Source of the DNA: a virus | Lineage: Duplodnaviria; Caudoviricetes | DNA: 64,000 bases | IMG/VR virus record: IMGVR_UViG_3300020356_000001 | Coordinates: 1 to 64,000 of that record | Strand: one strand, 5' to 3' | Shown here: one piece after another, positions 16,904-27,200 of the stretch | Position numbering within the stretch: position 1 is the first letter of the stretch | Layout of the letters: each line of letters starts with the position of its first letter | Notes under the pieces: generated by a model | Told to the model about the DNA's origin: nothing | The model's input: only the letters and a program-made list of their open reading frames with translations | The model's database searches: none | Translations under genes and position numbers: made by a program

Positions 16904-17277
16904 TAACTAAATTGTTACTCATAGGAGCGTTAAGCATAGGAGGATGCTCGTCATTAAGTGAATACATCCAAGTGTATTTCGCTCCCGAAGATCACGACCT
17001 TATGGAACAGATCGCATGGTGCGAATCGTCTGCTGACCCAAACGATTCATACTCTGTTGCAATCAACCCTAAGAGTGGTGCAACAGGCTGGTTTCAGCAC
17101 TTGCCTAAGTGGTGGGATGAACGCAGTAAGAAAGCAGGGTTTGAGGGGGCGCATATCCTTGACCCTGAAGCAAACGTAGGGGTAGCAAGTTACCTCTACT
17201 ACAACATGAATAGCAATCCCAGATGGGGTGGTGCTAGTCATTGGTATCCCTCGCGTAGATGTTGGGGAGGAAAGTAG
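16900..17277 (+). CDS. Lipoprotein lytic transglycosylase (SLT/lysozyme-like fold)
   Basis: IAWCESS catalytic Glu, ATGWFQH, DPEANV, SHW; lipobox IGG-C. Confidence 0.75.
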   Translation: MITKLLLIGALSIGGCSSLSEYIQVYFAPEDHDLMEQIAWCESSADPNDSYSVAINPKSGATGWFQHLPKWWDERSKKAGFEGAHILDPEANVGVASYLYYNMNSNPRWGGASHWYPSRRCWGGK

Positions 17278-17281
17278 AACA

Positions 17282-17590
17282 ATGGAAATAGATAACAACA
17301 AACCGTTATGCGAATACATACCGGATGAAATACACAAAATGTTTGGTGACCCTGATCTTCCGCAACACCAGTTGCTTGAATCATTATGGTTAACATGCAA
17401 CGAGTTAGCAGTAGGTGCATCAGTCAACGTAGCGGCTATATCTTTTATCGCTCAACAAACAGGGCTTGAAGATGCTTTGACAACACACATGCGCGATAAT
17501 GTGTTTACTCATCCAAGCATGCAAGAACCTGAACCTGAACCATCAAGTCCACCTAAGTTACACCTTGTAGGCGATGTTAAGGATGACTGA
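17282..17590 (+). CDS. Hypothetical protein
   Basis: Start MEIDNN after a GGAGG RBS. Confidence 0.65.
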   Translation: MEIDNNKPLCEYIPDEIHKMFGDPDLPQHQLLESLWLTCNELAVGASVNVAAISFIAQQTGLEDALTTHMRDNVFTHPSMQEPEPEPSSPPKLHLVGDVKDD

Positions 17591-18033
17591 TGCGAAAACG
17601 TACAACAGGAATGACGTTACCTGAGAAGGTAGATTTCTGGTTAGACCCTGTTAATAAGTGGTCACAATGGGAAGATGATTGTCTGATTTGGTTAGGCAAA
17701 CTTGCATGGAATGGATATGGATGCGTTAGCCACACACATGAACACGGCAGAAAGTATCACATCCTGTCACGCCTTGTCTGTATTGTGAAGAATGGTGAAC
17801 CACCAGCACATAAAGACAGCGCCGAACACACTTGTGGTAGGCGGGCTTGTATAAATCCTAAGCATTTGTATTGGGGTTCAACTAAAGACAACAATAGGGA
17901 ATCGCGTAGGAATCGCAGGCAAGCAGAAGAATTGCAAGAGTTAAACGAGGATGTTAAGTATATGGAAGCAAGAATCATACAGTTAGAACATGAAAAAAGT
18001 TTTCATCTAAGACAGAAAGGTTGGCATAGATGA
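17590..18033 (+). CDS. HNH / His-Cys-box endonuclease
   Basis: CLIWLG...GYG...AEHTCGRRACINPKHLYWGSTKDN. Confidence 0.8.
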   Translation: MRKRTTGMTLPEKVDFWLDPVNKWSQWEDDCLIWLGKLAWNGYGCVSHTHEHGRKYHILSRLVCIVKNGEPPAHKDSAEHTCGRRACINPKHLYWGSTKDNNRESRRNRRQAEELQELNEDVKYMEARIIQLEHEKSFHLRQKGWHR

Positions 18034-18233
18034 GTGGTGGTTGGAAGCATGAGCAAGGAACGCTTACAAGAGAAGAATGGTTACATTATCGTAACATAGA
18101 TGCAAAGAAGTTACGAAGCAAGAACGTAATCGTAAACGAATCTTCACCTAAAAAGAAATTTCAATAAGTAGAATAGTAAGTACTAAGTATCTTTTTAGTG
18201 TAACTAAAAAGGTACTAAGTAAGGGAGGTAGTA

Positions 18234-19040
18234 ATGAACTTAGATTACCCGTTGCATTTAGATGCAGATGGTAGGTGGGTACACACTTGGGTTAGACAAT
18301 CGTCTATTAAAACAGCAGATATGTGCATGGAGAAATGGCGCACCGACATTTTTAATGTTGTAAGCGAACCGTTGAAAGATGCCAGTGAATTAGGTACTGC
18401 ATGTCATGCGGCTGTTGAAGATTTATTAAACGCACGCATAGAGAACCAAGGTGAAATGTCCTTGCCGGATATGCTAACTGCGTTTGAACACTATTGGTTT
18501 GATGTCGTTGATGACATAACAGTATGGAACAAATTCACGGCTGCGTCTGGGTACGAAGCAGGGTTATCCAAACTTAAAAACTGGTACGAAGAAATCTACC
18601 CGCAGTTAAACCCTGTTGAGGTAGAACACACGTTTAATGTGCCTCTAATAGAGGATGAGTTTAGAGTTGTCAGACTCACAGGTACTGTGGATCTGATTGA
18701 AAAGGATCGCTGTTGGGATTGGAAATTTCCTAGCAGAGACTATACGAAACAGGCATGGGAGTATCACAGATGGGATGTGCAATCTATTGCATATGCTTTC
18801 GCTACTGGTATCCCTGACTTTTCGTATGCGGTGATGCACCCGAAAGGTGCTAGCCGAATGGATCTTGTGCGTGACGAGGAGCATTTTGCTTGGTTACGTC
18901 AGAAGGTTCTAGCATTATGCAAACTAATCGAAAGCAATCATCGTGGTCCTTACCCGTTGAATGACAACGGTTGGTGGTGTAGTGACAAATGGTGTGAAAA
19001 TTTCACACGGTGTAAAGGTGCAACGATAGGAGGCACATAG
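18234..19040 (+). CDS. PD-(D/E)XK (RecB/Cas4-like) exonuclease
   Basis: GTACHAAVE, TGTVDLI, DWKF, QSIAY, terminal WWCSDKWC...C. Confidence 0.8.
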   Translation: MNLDYPLHLDADGRWVHTWVRQSSIKTADMCMEKWRTDIFNVVSEPLKDASELGTACHAAVEDLLNARIENQGEMSLPDMLTAFEHYWFDVVDDITVWNKFTAASGYEAGLSKLKNWYEEIYPQLNPVEVEHTFNVPLIEDEFRVVRLTGTVDLIEKDRCWDWKFPSRDYTKQAWEYHRWDVQSIAYAFATGIPDFSYAVMHPKGASRMDLVRDEEHFAWLRQKVLALCKLIESNHRGPYPLNDNGWWCSDKWCENFTRCKGATIGGT

Positions 19041-19042
19041 AT

Positions 19043-19738
19043 ATGGCATTTAAGCCTATGGCTCCACATGAAAGAGCCAGTATAGAAGCGCAGGTTTGTC
19101 TTAAGGGAGGCGTGGAACTTGCGTGCGCAGAAATAGCAAGCAACCCTGATGGGGTGGCTGTTACAAGCGCAGTGGAAAACGCAAAGGTTTTGGCTGATGC
19201 GTTGTCAGACCTCAAGACAATTCTTGCAGGTACAGAAATAGCAATAGCCCCTAGTAATGGTGATATGGATGCCGCGATTGCAAAGTCAAGCGCAGTAATC
19301 TCTGAAGCATTCGAGGGGACAACACAAGTAAGTACATCCAAACCTACTGCCAGTAAGTATGTGGATGATACGGATTACCCTGAGATACATAAATTGTTTC
19401 TCGCTGAAAGCGCATCGGGTATCAAATACGGATCTAAAGACAGTATGTTTTTAGACAACGTAGAGATAAGAGAAGCCTTTCAAAAAGGAGTAAGAACTTA
19501 TCCTGCCGACTATTGGATGGAGTCAATGAGAGGCGCAGATATACCTGTTACTAAGCATGGTAAGTGTGCGTTGGGTGATTTTAAAGTTAAGAAAGGTGTG
19601 AGCATCAATTCAGATGGTGCGCCTATTCTTACTAGCGGTGAAGGTAACCATCCTCTTGCTAATAAGAGTGGTTACTTTGCTGGACTTGTTAATCATTCCC
19701 CGTTCAACTGGGCAGACAAGGAAAAACTTCTTGCCTGA
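19043..19738 (+). CDS. Hypothetical replication/recombination protein
   Basis: 231 aa between the exonuclease and the helicase. Confidence 0.7.
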   Translation: MAFKPMAPHERASIEAQVCLKGGVELACAEIASNPDGVAVTSAVENAKVLADALSDLKTILAGTEIAIAPSNGDMDAAIAKSSAVISEAFEGTTQVSTSKPTASKYVDDTDYPEIHKLFLAESASGIKYGSKDSMFLDNVEIREAFQKGVRTYPADYWMESMRGADIPVTKHGKCALGDFKVKKGVSINSDGAPILTSGEGNHPLANKSGYFAGLVNHSPFNWADKEKLLA

Positions 19739-20735
19739 TGAAATAAGTCTTGAGGATGCGCAAGCACTCATAGCAGGGGCGGGAGCAACCGCGGCTCCCG
19801 TTCCTGCGCCACCCTCGGAGCCTCCAGCAGAAATAGAGGGGATATCATCTGCTGATCTACAAAGATTATTTACACCTAAAAAAGAACAGGTGCGCCGTAT
19901 GCGGCACGACCTGCAAGTAGGTAACGAATGGTCATTTGGAGTTCGTGCGTTTGATGATGCCACATTAGGTGGTGCAAGAGGCGGTCAACTTGTGACCGTC
20001 ATAGGTAGATCACACACAGGTAAAACTTTACTTGCGTTAAACATGGTGGCACGTAATCGTAACCATCGAACCTTATGGGTAAGCCCTGATGAAACAGAAA
20101 CAATGTTTTGGGGTAGATACGCAGCCATCAGGTTAGACACAGACCAGAAAGAATGGATCAACAAACTGATCCGTGAAGATCCAAAGGCATGGGAACGAGT
20201 AGAAGAAATAATGCGGAAAGATACCAACCTGCATTTTGAATCCACTGGAATGACAGTTGATGATCTAGATAAAGCAATGCGTATCGCATCAGTGGAACTA
20301 TGGGATGGGCAAAGACCAGACGTAATCGTGTACGACTACCTTGAATTGATAAGAGGTGGAGGAGCAGGAGATGCGGCAAGTGTGCAAGCAAAAATAGAAT
20401 CCTTCAAACAACTAGTCTCTGACTGGCGTGTTGTAGGCGTAATGTTGCACCAGTCTGGGCGTGGTTCAGGTAATCGCGGTAAAGCAGGTGGCATAGAAGC
20501 AGGGCGTTACGCATCCACAAGTGAAAGCCATTTTCTTATAGAAACATGGCGCAGATGGGATGACACTAACCTTGAAGATGAGGTTCGTCACCATTACGAA
20601 GATGAAATTAGCGTAGGCTTATGGAAGAACAAATCAGGGGACGGCGAAAAAGCAGAAACTAACCTAAGAATAGGATCAAGCGGACGCTTGTTAGAACCCG
20701 GAATTGTGTGGGAGCAGATGAATTTCGATGAGTGA
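19731..20735 (+). CDS. DnaB-like SF4 replicative helicase
   Basis: GRSHTGKT Walker A, VIVYDYLELI Walker B, LHQ motif; probable TTG start at 19731 after AAGGA. Confidence 0.8.
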   Translation: MPDEISLEDAQALIAGAGATAAPVPAPPSEPPAEIEGISSADLQRLFTPKKEQVRRMRHDLQVGNEWSFGVRAFDDATLGGARGGQLVTVIGRSHTGKTLLALNMVARNRNHRTLWVSPDETETMFWGRYAAIRLDTDQKEWINKLIREDPKAWERVEEIMRKDTNLHFESTGMTVDDLDKAMRIASVELWDGQRPDVIVYDYLELIRGGGAGDAASVQAKIESFKQLVSDWRVVGVMLHQSGRGSGNRGKAGGIEAGRYASTSESHFLIETWRRWDDTNLEDEVRHHYEDEISVGLWKNKSGDGEKAETNLRIGSSGRLLEPGIVWEQMNFDE

Positions 20736-21753
20736 TTTAATAAATACATTTGGGTTACTGTTCAGGGGTTTCATGTCAGCACATGGAACAGATGAAGGTG
20801 GATGTAAATGGGCGATAGTAAATCGCACAACATTTGAACGTCACATATCAGGCGAAGAAATGATTGGGATTTACCCAATGGTTTACAACCCTGAAAATAC
20901 AACAGCAGAATTTAACTGGGAAGAAAACGAAGATAATAACCGTTATTATCCAGATATGCAGCCAGACTTATGGCATTGCAAGTGGGGTGCTATAGACATA
21001 GACGAAGGAGATGACTCACTAGTCTTAGCAAAGAATGTGAGTGTGGTCTTGTCAGCATTAAACATTCCTAGTTGGGTGGAACTATCCAGAAGTAAAGGAT
21101 GTCACGTATGGATCTTCAATCAACAATGGACACGTTCATCTGTTATGCGCAGAGCAATGAAAAGCGCATTGCAACTATTAGAAATACCTTACGATGCTGT
21201 CTACCCTAAACAAGATTCACTGATGGGACCGCCCGGAAATTACATGCGTATCCCTTATGGTGGGAAACGACCAGAAGGCAGACAAGAAGTTTTTGATTCA
21301 GAAGGCGAACGCTTAACTCTTGAACAATTCGTTGAACAAGCAGACAACAATCGTGCATCTTTAGAAGCAATAGAACACGCCGCAACCCTGTATAAAGAAC
21401 CACAACCAGTGGTTCCAGACTTGCCACCTAAACGAGACTACAACAAAGAACCATTAATGAACCCTGATGGGTCACGCTTACGTGGACTATCATCACAAAT
21501 GTTTGATAATGGACCCGTCCCGTACTACAAAGAACAAGGAGCAGGCAGAGGCAGACACGGATTTCTCAACAGATTTGCACGATCTATGTTTGAATCCGGC
21601 TATAACCATGTTGATGTCGTATCATGGACTAAAGACTTAGACTCAAGGTTAGGACAGTGGTGGGATGACGGACCAAAATTCCAAGGCAGGCACGACTGCG
21701 AAAGACAAATCGAAAGACTTGTCCAAGAAGCAAAGCAAAGAGCAGCCAAGTGA
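20728..21753 (+). CDS. Archaeo-eukaryotic-type primase (AEP) with helical C-terminal domain
   Basis: AIDIDEG (DxD), SRSKGCHVW motif II, YMRIPY motif III; adjacent to the helicase. Confidence 0.75.
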   Translation: MSDLINTFGLLFRGFMSAHGTDEGGCKWAIVNRTTFERHISGEEMIGIYPMVYNPENTTAEFNWEENEDNNRYYPDMQPDLWHCKWGAIDIDEGDDSLVLAKNVSVVLSALNIPSWVELSRSKGCHVWIFNQQWTRSSVMRRAMKSALQLLEIPYDAVYPKQDSLMGPPGNYMRIPYGGKRPEGRQEVFDSEGERLTLEQFVEQADNNRASLEAIEHAATLYKEPQPVVPDLPPKRDYNKEPLMNPDGSRLRGLSSQMFDNGPVPYYKEQGAGRGRHGFLNRFARSMFESGYNHVDVVSWTKDLDSRLGQWWDDGPKFQGRHDCERQIERLVQEAKQRAAK

Positions 21754-22093
21754 ATACTCATTTGTTGTTGAAGGCAGACCCAAACCTAAAGCAAGACCAC
21801 GCATGTCACGCAAAGGAATGGTTTACACACCTAAAGAAACAATCATTGCTGAAGAAGCCTACGTTCATGCACTCGGAGATGACTGCCCTGTGTTTGAAGG
21901 ACCAGTGGAAGTGGAGATGACATTTTGCATAGATCAGACTCTAGTAACAATCAAATCAATACCCGAATCGGAGACAAAACTCAGAGGGGATCTGGACAAT
22001 TATGTGAAAACGTGTCTGGATGGATGTCAAAGAGCAGGGATAATACCCAACGACAGGCTAGTAATGAGAATCGAAGCAGAGAAAACCATATGA
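21665..22093 (+). CDS. RusA-like Holliday junction resolvase
   Basis: GRPKPKARPR...VYTP, GDLDNYVKTCLDG, NDRLV; exact start uncertain. Confidence 0.8.
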   Translation: MTDQNSKAGTTAKDKSKDLSKKQSKEQPSEYSFVVEGRPKPKARPRMSRKGMVYTPKETIIAEEAYVHALGDDCPVFEGPVEVEMTFCIDQTLVTIKSIPESETKLRGDLDNYVKTCLDGCQRAGIIPNDRLVMRIEAEKTI

Positions 22094-22614
22094 TAAAAAT
22101 AGATTTAGAACCATGGGAATACGAATGGGCATCTCATGTAGGCGCAAGACGTTACATAGAAAACTGGGATAAAAACGATGCCCTTCATTATGACAGAAGT
22201 CGAATGCAAGACGACAGAACTGCACAGGTCGCAGCCTGTGTAGCAGAACTAGCAGTAGCCAAACATACAAACAAATACTGGTCAGGTCATGTTTGGAAAG
22301 TAGACAAACATGACCAGTACAAACACATTGCTGACGTAGGTAAAAACATAGAAGTTAAACGCGTACGAACCAGCACCAATGCAGCCGTTAGACGTAAACA
22401 AAACGGATTAGGTTTAGTCCTGTTTGTTGTGCGAGTTGTTGAACCAGAGTTACGTTCAGCAGAAATACTCGGTTGGATAAGTCAAGACTTAGGTTGGGCT
22501 AAAGGTTTACCCTCAGATTATGACCCTGAAAACACACGAGTGATAAAGGAAGAATATTTAAACTCTCCAATGAACTACAATAGTGCATATGGCGAAGAAG
22601 GAATTTCCGTTTGA
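22090..22614 (+). CDS. Hypothetical protein, possible restriction-endonuclease-like fold
   Basis: AELAVAK...ADVGKNIEVKRV; start MIKIDL at 22090. Confidence 0.65.
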   Translation: MIKIDLEPWEYEWASHVGARRYIENWDKNDALHYDRSRMQDDRTAQVAACVAELAVAKHTNKYWSGHVWKVDKHDQYKHIADVGKNIEVKRVRTSTNAAVRRKQNGLGLVLFVVRVVEPELRSAEILGWISQDLGWAKGLPSDYDPENTRVIKEEYLNSPMNYNSAYGEEGISV

Positions 22615-22954
22615 TCCCCTTAAAGGTTTACGGGGGGCATCCTACGCCGAGATTCGAGGAGCGCCCGACACACTCGTACAAGCATTACAACAAGCAAGCC
22701 CCTTCAGCGAACCGCGCCTCTCAAAAGAAGAAAGCACGGCTCGCCACGAGGTTGTTCTTGACGCGTTGGAAACGCTCGAAGATTGGGAACTCTGGTTACT
22801 AAACGCAGTTCTATTTGAACGCATGAGTTTGCGTCAAATCGAATACGTTATGGGCATACCTAAAACTACAGTCGCACGTAAACGTGACAAGATCTTAGAC
22901 AAATTAAAAACCTATCTAGAAGATCATCCTGTAATTAAAGAATACTTATCCTAA
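22589..22954 (+). CDS. Sigma70 region-4-like HTH protein (candidate late regulator)
   Basis: FERMSLRQIEYVMGIPKTTVARKRDKILDKLK. Confidence 0.7.
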   Translation: MAKKEFPFDPLKGLRGASYAEIRGAPDTLVQALQQASPFSEPRLSKEESTARHEVVLDALETLEDWELWLLNAVLFERMSLRQIEYVMGIPKTTVARKRDKILDKLKTYLEDHPVIKEYLS

Positions 22955-23259
22955 TCTTGAAAATCTTCTAACGCGTCAGCGGATCTCATAATCAACTGGC
23001 TGATTGTAGAAAATACATGCGAGTGTAAAGGGCTGTTATCAAAATCGTTTATCAGATTCTCAGCAGCGAATGCCATTACGTGTTCGTAAGGCAAAACAAT
23101 TAACACACCCAAACTATCTTCATGCCATTTAGCATGGTTGTTATCAGCCATCTCCATAAGATGTGAAGTATCTCTCATATCTTCCATGATTTCAGTAGCA
23201 ATGTAATCGTATTCGTCTGTAAAAATTTCAAACTTTTGATTAACCTGCTCCTGATTCAT
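22951..23259 (-). CDS. Hypothetical acidic protein
   Basis: 102 aa; last gene of the late arm. Confidence 0.65.
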   Translation of the reverse strand: MNQEQVNQKFEIFTDEYDYIATEIMEDMRDTSHLMEMADNNHAKWHEDSLGVLIVLPYEHVMAFAAENLINDFDNSPLHSHVFSTISQLIMRSADALEDFQD

Positions 23260-23261
23260 AG

Positions 23262-23438
23262 TTACTTATCCTTTGCTACCTTGTCTTTAACAATAGTCTT
23301 AAGTACAGAAACGGCAGCAGCCAAACCTGCAATGCCCGCTCCTTTTGCTGATGACAAATCAGCAACTACGAATGTTCCAAGAAACGCTTGAGCGAAAGTC
23401 CACCCCGCACGTTCCAACATATCCATCATATTTTTCAT
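23262..23438 (-). CDS. Putative holin (actinophage-type)
   Basis: LERAGWTFAQAFLG...AGIAGLAAAVSVLK; two hydrophobic segments; follows the endolysin; homolog at 62817-63005. Confidence 0.7.
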   Translation of the reverse strand: MKNMMDMLERAGWTFAQAFLGTFVVADLSSAKGAGIAGLAAAVSVLKTIVKDKVAKDK

Positions 23439-24190
23439 ACTGTCCACAATACCTTCCATGTGTTTTTGTCAATAATGTTATTGACTTTCATAGCATAATT
23501 TGATTTGAATTTTTTAACTGCCATACCAGTTTTTCTTCCGTAAATTCCATCCACTTTCAAATCTGCTTTAACTAAATCGTTTAATCTTTTCTGCGCTAAT
23601 GAAACCAACTCACCCTTACTGCCTCTTTTGAGTACACGAGTGTTCAAATACGCATCACCCTTCTCTAATATGTAACGTAAAATAGCCTCAAAATCTATTG
23701 CTACATTAGATGGGCTGTCCTCCACGTTTGCGCCTGAATAAATCCATTCAGCCAGATTCTTGCCGGGGCATGTTGTGCTTGAGAAATCTTTGTGGCACTT
23801 GACCCACAAGTGATCTCCATACTTTTTTCTGATTGCCCCGACAACGGTAAGAATTGTTTCTTTACCGATAGGAGTTAAGTTTTTATCTGAATCACCTACG
23901 TAAGAAATTGAAATAGTTTTAGAGTTCCATCCCCTAGTAGCCGCACCTACTTTCCAGCCGCGACCTTCAAAAATTTCACCAGTCTCACCTGATACCAACC
24001 AGTTGTAACCAATCGAATCGTAACCTCTGGTTCTAACATGGTACCTGTCATGTCCTCTCACACGGTTCCACGGGTCGTCTGACGGCCCCGTAGTGTGATG
24101 GATGACTATTCCTACTATTTTTCTACGAAAGTTCTTGAGAGGCTTACCAGAGTCAATCGCCCCCCAATTAGATCTTGAGATGTATTCCAT
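23435..24190 (-). CDS. Endolysin: N-acetylmuramoyl-L-alanine amidase + peptidoglycan-binding domain
   Basis: VIHHT, IGYNWLV, GAATRGWN, HKDFSSTTCPG; LKRGSKG...VDGIYGRKT. Confidence 0.9.
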   Translation of the reverse strand: MEYISRSNWGAIDSGKPLKNFRRKIVGIVIHHTTGPSDDPWNRVRGHDRYHVRTRGYDSIGYNWLVSGETGEIFEGRGWKVGAATRGWNSKTISISYVGDSDKNLTPIGKETILTVVGAIRKKYGDHLWVKCHKDFSSTTCPGKNLAEWIYSGANVEDSPSNVAIDFEAILRYILEKGDAYLNTRVLKRGSKGELVSLAQKRLNDLVKADLKVDGIYGRKTGMAVKKFKSNYAMKVNNIIDKNTWKVLWTV

Positions 24191-24210
24191 ACCCTAAGGA
24201 TAGTTTGTCC

Positions 24211-27200
24211 CTAACGCAATCTCGCTCCACGTAAAGATTTTTCTTGGCTAATCTCATCACGCATTTCATAACCACGACTAATTAATTCCATCTGCTGCTC
24301 ATACTTTGTGTTAGTTCTAAGCCCAATACCAAAAGCAAACGACATCCAACTAGACAACGTACGTTCTTGATAACGCTGCTCATCAGGGAACAACCTGCGG
24401 AAATCAGTGAACGTAGGTAACAACTGTGCCATCGTGTGCAACTCATAATCTTTCATAGCCCAATCACCCTGATCGTTCTTAGCCGCAAGACCACCCATAT
24501 TCAACAAAGGCATAAGACCCGGAATCATCGCGTACGCACGAGGAACAACCTCATACCTGCCATCAAAATTGTAATCCTTCCACAAATTTTGCTTTGCTTT
24601 CCATTCGTAAGGAGCCTTAATCAAAGGAGTAACTTGTGTACCGAAAGTACCTAACGCTATTTGAACACGATCAACAACAGACAAATCTTTATCAAAAGCC
24701 AACGCAGGATCAAGCAATTCCAACGGAGCCTTAAACGGCATGTCAGGAAGAATAAACATATCCTCCCCTTCAAACTTAAACGGCAACTGAATAGCACCTT
24801 GACGTTGCATCCAACGAGGATAAACAGAAGGAGGACTCTCAGTCGTAGCCTCAATCTCCTTCTTCAAACTGTTGTAACGATTGAATACAGCAGGCTTACG
24901 AGCAAACATTTCAAACATCAACGGCATGTTCTTACGAGTCCACGTATAAAAAGGAATTACTTTCTTAACAACATTGCGTTCAAAATCAGACAAGTCATCG
25001 TAATCGAAATGAAACTTCATCACATTATCAAACGCCTCATCAACAGCGCCACCCTTATACAGTGTGTCGAACCCTAAAGAACCACGCACAAAAGTTTCAG
25101 TAGCCATACCCAAATTACGAGACAACCTTAAAGGAGCGTTACGACTAGACGCAGGATTCATAGCATCTATCAAATTAATTTTCTTACCACGAATAGTTAC
25201 ACTAGGACCAATACCTTTACCACCAGTCTCAACAAACTCAGTTGCAACCTGACCACCAGCAGCACCCAAAGCACCACTCTCAGACAACTGCCTTATGTAT
25301 TGCACATGCTCAGGATTAACATTATTAGGATTAATACCACGCGCTTTCATAGCCTTACGCATACTGCTAGCACGATCAGTTAAACCTAAACGAGTTGCTT
25401 CTTCTTCCTGAAACTTCCAATACGAACGCATAAACCTACGGTAATTAGACCAATTCATACCAGACAAATGATTCATAAACACAGCAGACATAAAGTTCCT
25501 GCCATGAAATCCGGGCTTTGCAATCATGTAAGCGCGTAACAAATTGTGCAATTTGTCATACTTGCGGAAGAAACCAGCAGCACCACCCCTAGCAACATAC
25601 CTTTCAGCAGCAACCATTGATTCAACAATCGCTTCAGGACCCTGCAATGTAGCACCAATAGGTTTAAAGCCAGAACGGAACACAGTGTCTAACACTTCTT
25701 CACGTTTAGGAATCCTATGCAAATCATCAGCACCTTCAGGGAACTGAGACACCAACTCCAACCAATCATTAGCGCCTTCCTCGAATTGATCCAAAGCAAG
25801 GTTCAACATCTCTGCATCATTATCAATAAGAGCGCCTACAGCCAACCGAATCTCAACAAGATCATCAGGTATATCTTCCAAAGGAACATTCTCAGGCGCA
25901 CCCAACCGAGCAAGAGTTTCTTTTGCTCGATCAATCTGTCCCTGTTTCTGAGCCAATGCAGTATCCAAAGCCCATTGACTCATGCCAGCATTAACATCTG
26001 TCCGTCCTTTATCGGCAACAGCATTAGCAAATTTTCTGCTAAGTTCTGCATGCACTACAGAAACTTCTTCTAAATTTTGTGTAAGTAAAGCACGTTTATT
26101 AACGAGTGCTTCCATTAAATCAATCTGATAAGCATTAGGTCCAACGCCTTGATAATTAGGACCCATGTAACTTTGTGCTTGTCCATCCCACCAGTCTAAA
26201 AACGAGGCTGCGTCTATAAATTTTGTTTGACCTTCTGCTGCTCCCATTGAACCTTTGCCAATAATAGTTTCAATGGCTGCCGCTTCATCTTCCCATAACT
26301 CACCAGCAGTTTTAAGAACATTTGATTCATCATCAGGATCAATTATCATAGGCATATCAGGGTCATCAGGGTAAGGATTATGCAACCTGCGTGCAGCATC
26401 ATCACTTAAATCGGCGCTATCAAACGCAGCGTCACTAGCAATACGAGAAATGTTTCTGTGTGTAGTCATCACATCAGAACTGTGTACAGCAAGAGGATTT
26501 GTAACCATCATGTTTGCCCAAAGTTGTGGCGATGGCGAAAATCTTTTTCCTTGAAAAGGAACTGCTTCAGAAAGAGCATTAGCGCTCATTGTTATTTCTT
26601 CTTCATTAAACCAAGCAGTAGCGTTATACCCATCCGCACTTAAAGAACGGCGGTAAGTTTCATAAAAGTTTTTAAACAACCACTGTTGAGGTTTAACTGC
26701 TTTATCAGACAACTGGCTAATAGGAGTACCCGAAGGTTGCATAGTAAATAGCAACGCATCTATACCACCAGCAAAACGAGAAAGCATAAAATTGTTTTTA
26801 GCAATTTGACCAGCCCAACCATCAGGATTTATAGCACTATCTATTTGACCTAAATAAACAGAAAGCATTTCAGGTACATCACCTGTTTTAATATTTAATT
26901 CTTTCCGCAACTCAGTAGATAATTTTGCTATATTTTTTTCCCAAGGGTCTGTCAATCTGGGGCGCATAATCTGACCTTCAGTCAAACGTCTAGAAACTTG
27001 CCCCCCACCAGAAGTATCAGTCATCCAAATAGCAAAACGTAAACGTTCCTCGAAACTCATTGAGTTTAATTTCTGAACCATTTGCGCACGTTGAGGATCA
27101 ATACCAAACGCACTTGTAGGAATTGCAATATCACCCATCTCTAAAGCCATACGAACAACAGCCGCAGATTTACTAATCTGTTCACGCCTTAAACTGCCAG

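Noticed and set aside
19614-19730. N-terminal hydrophobic extension of the helicase
   Set aside because: Overlaps the upstream gene; a TTG start at 19731 with an AAGGA RBS is more plausible.
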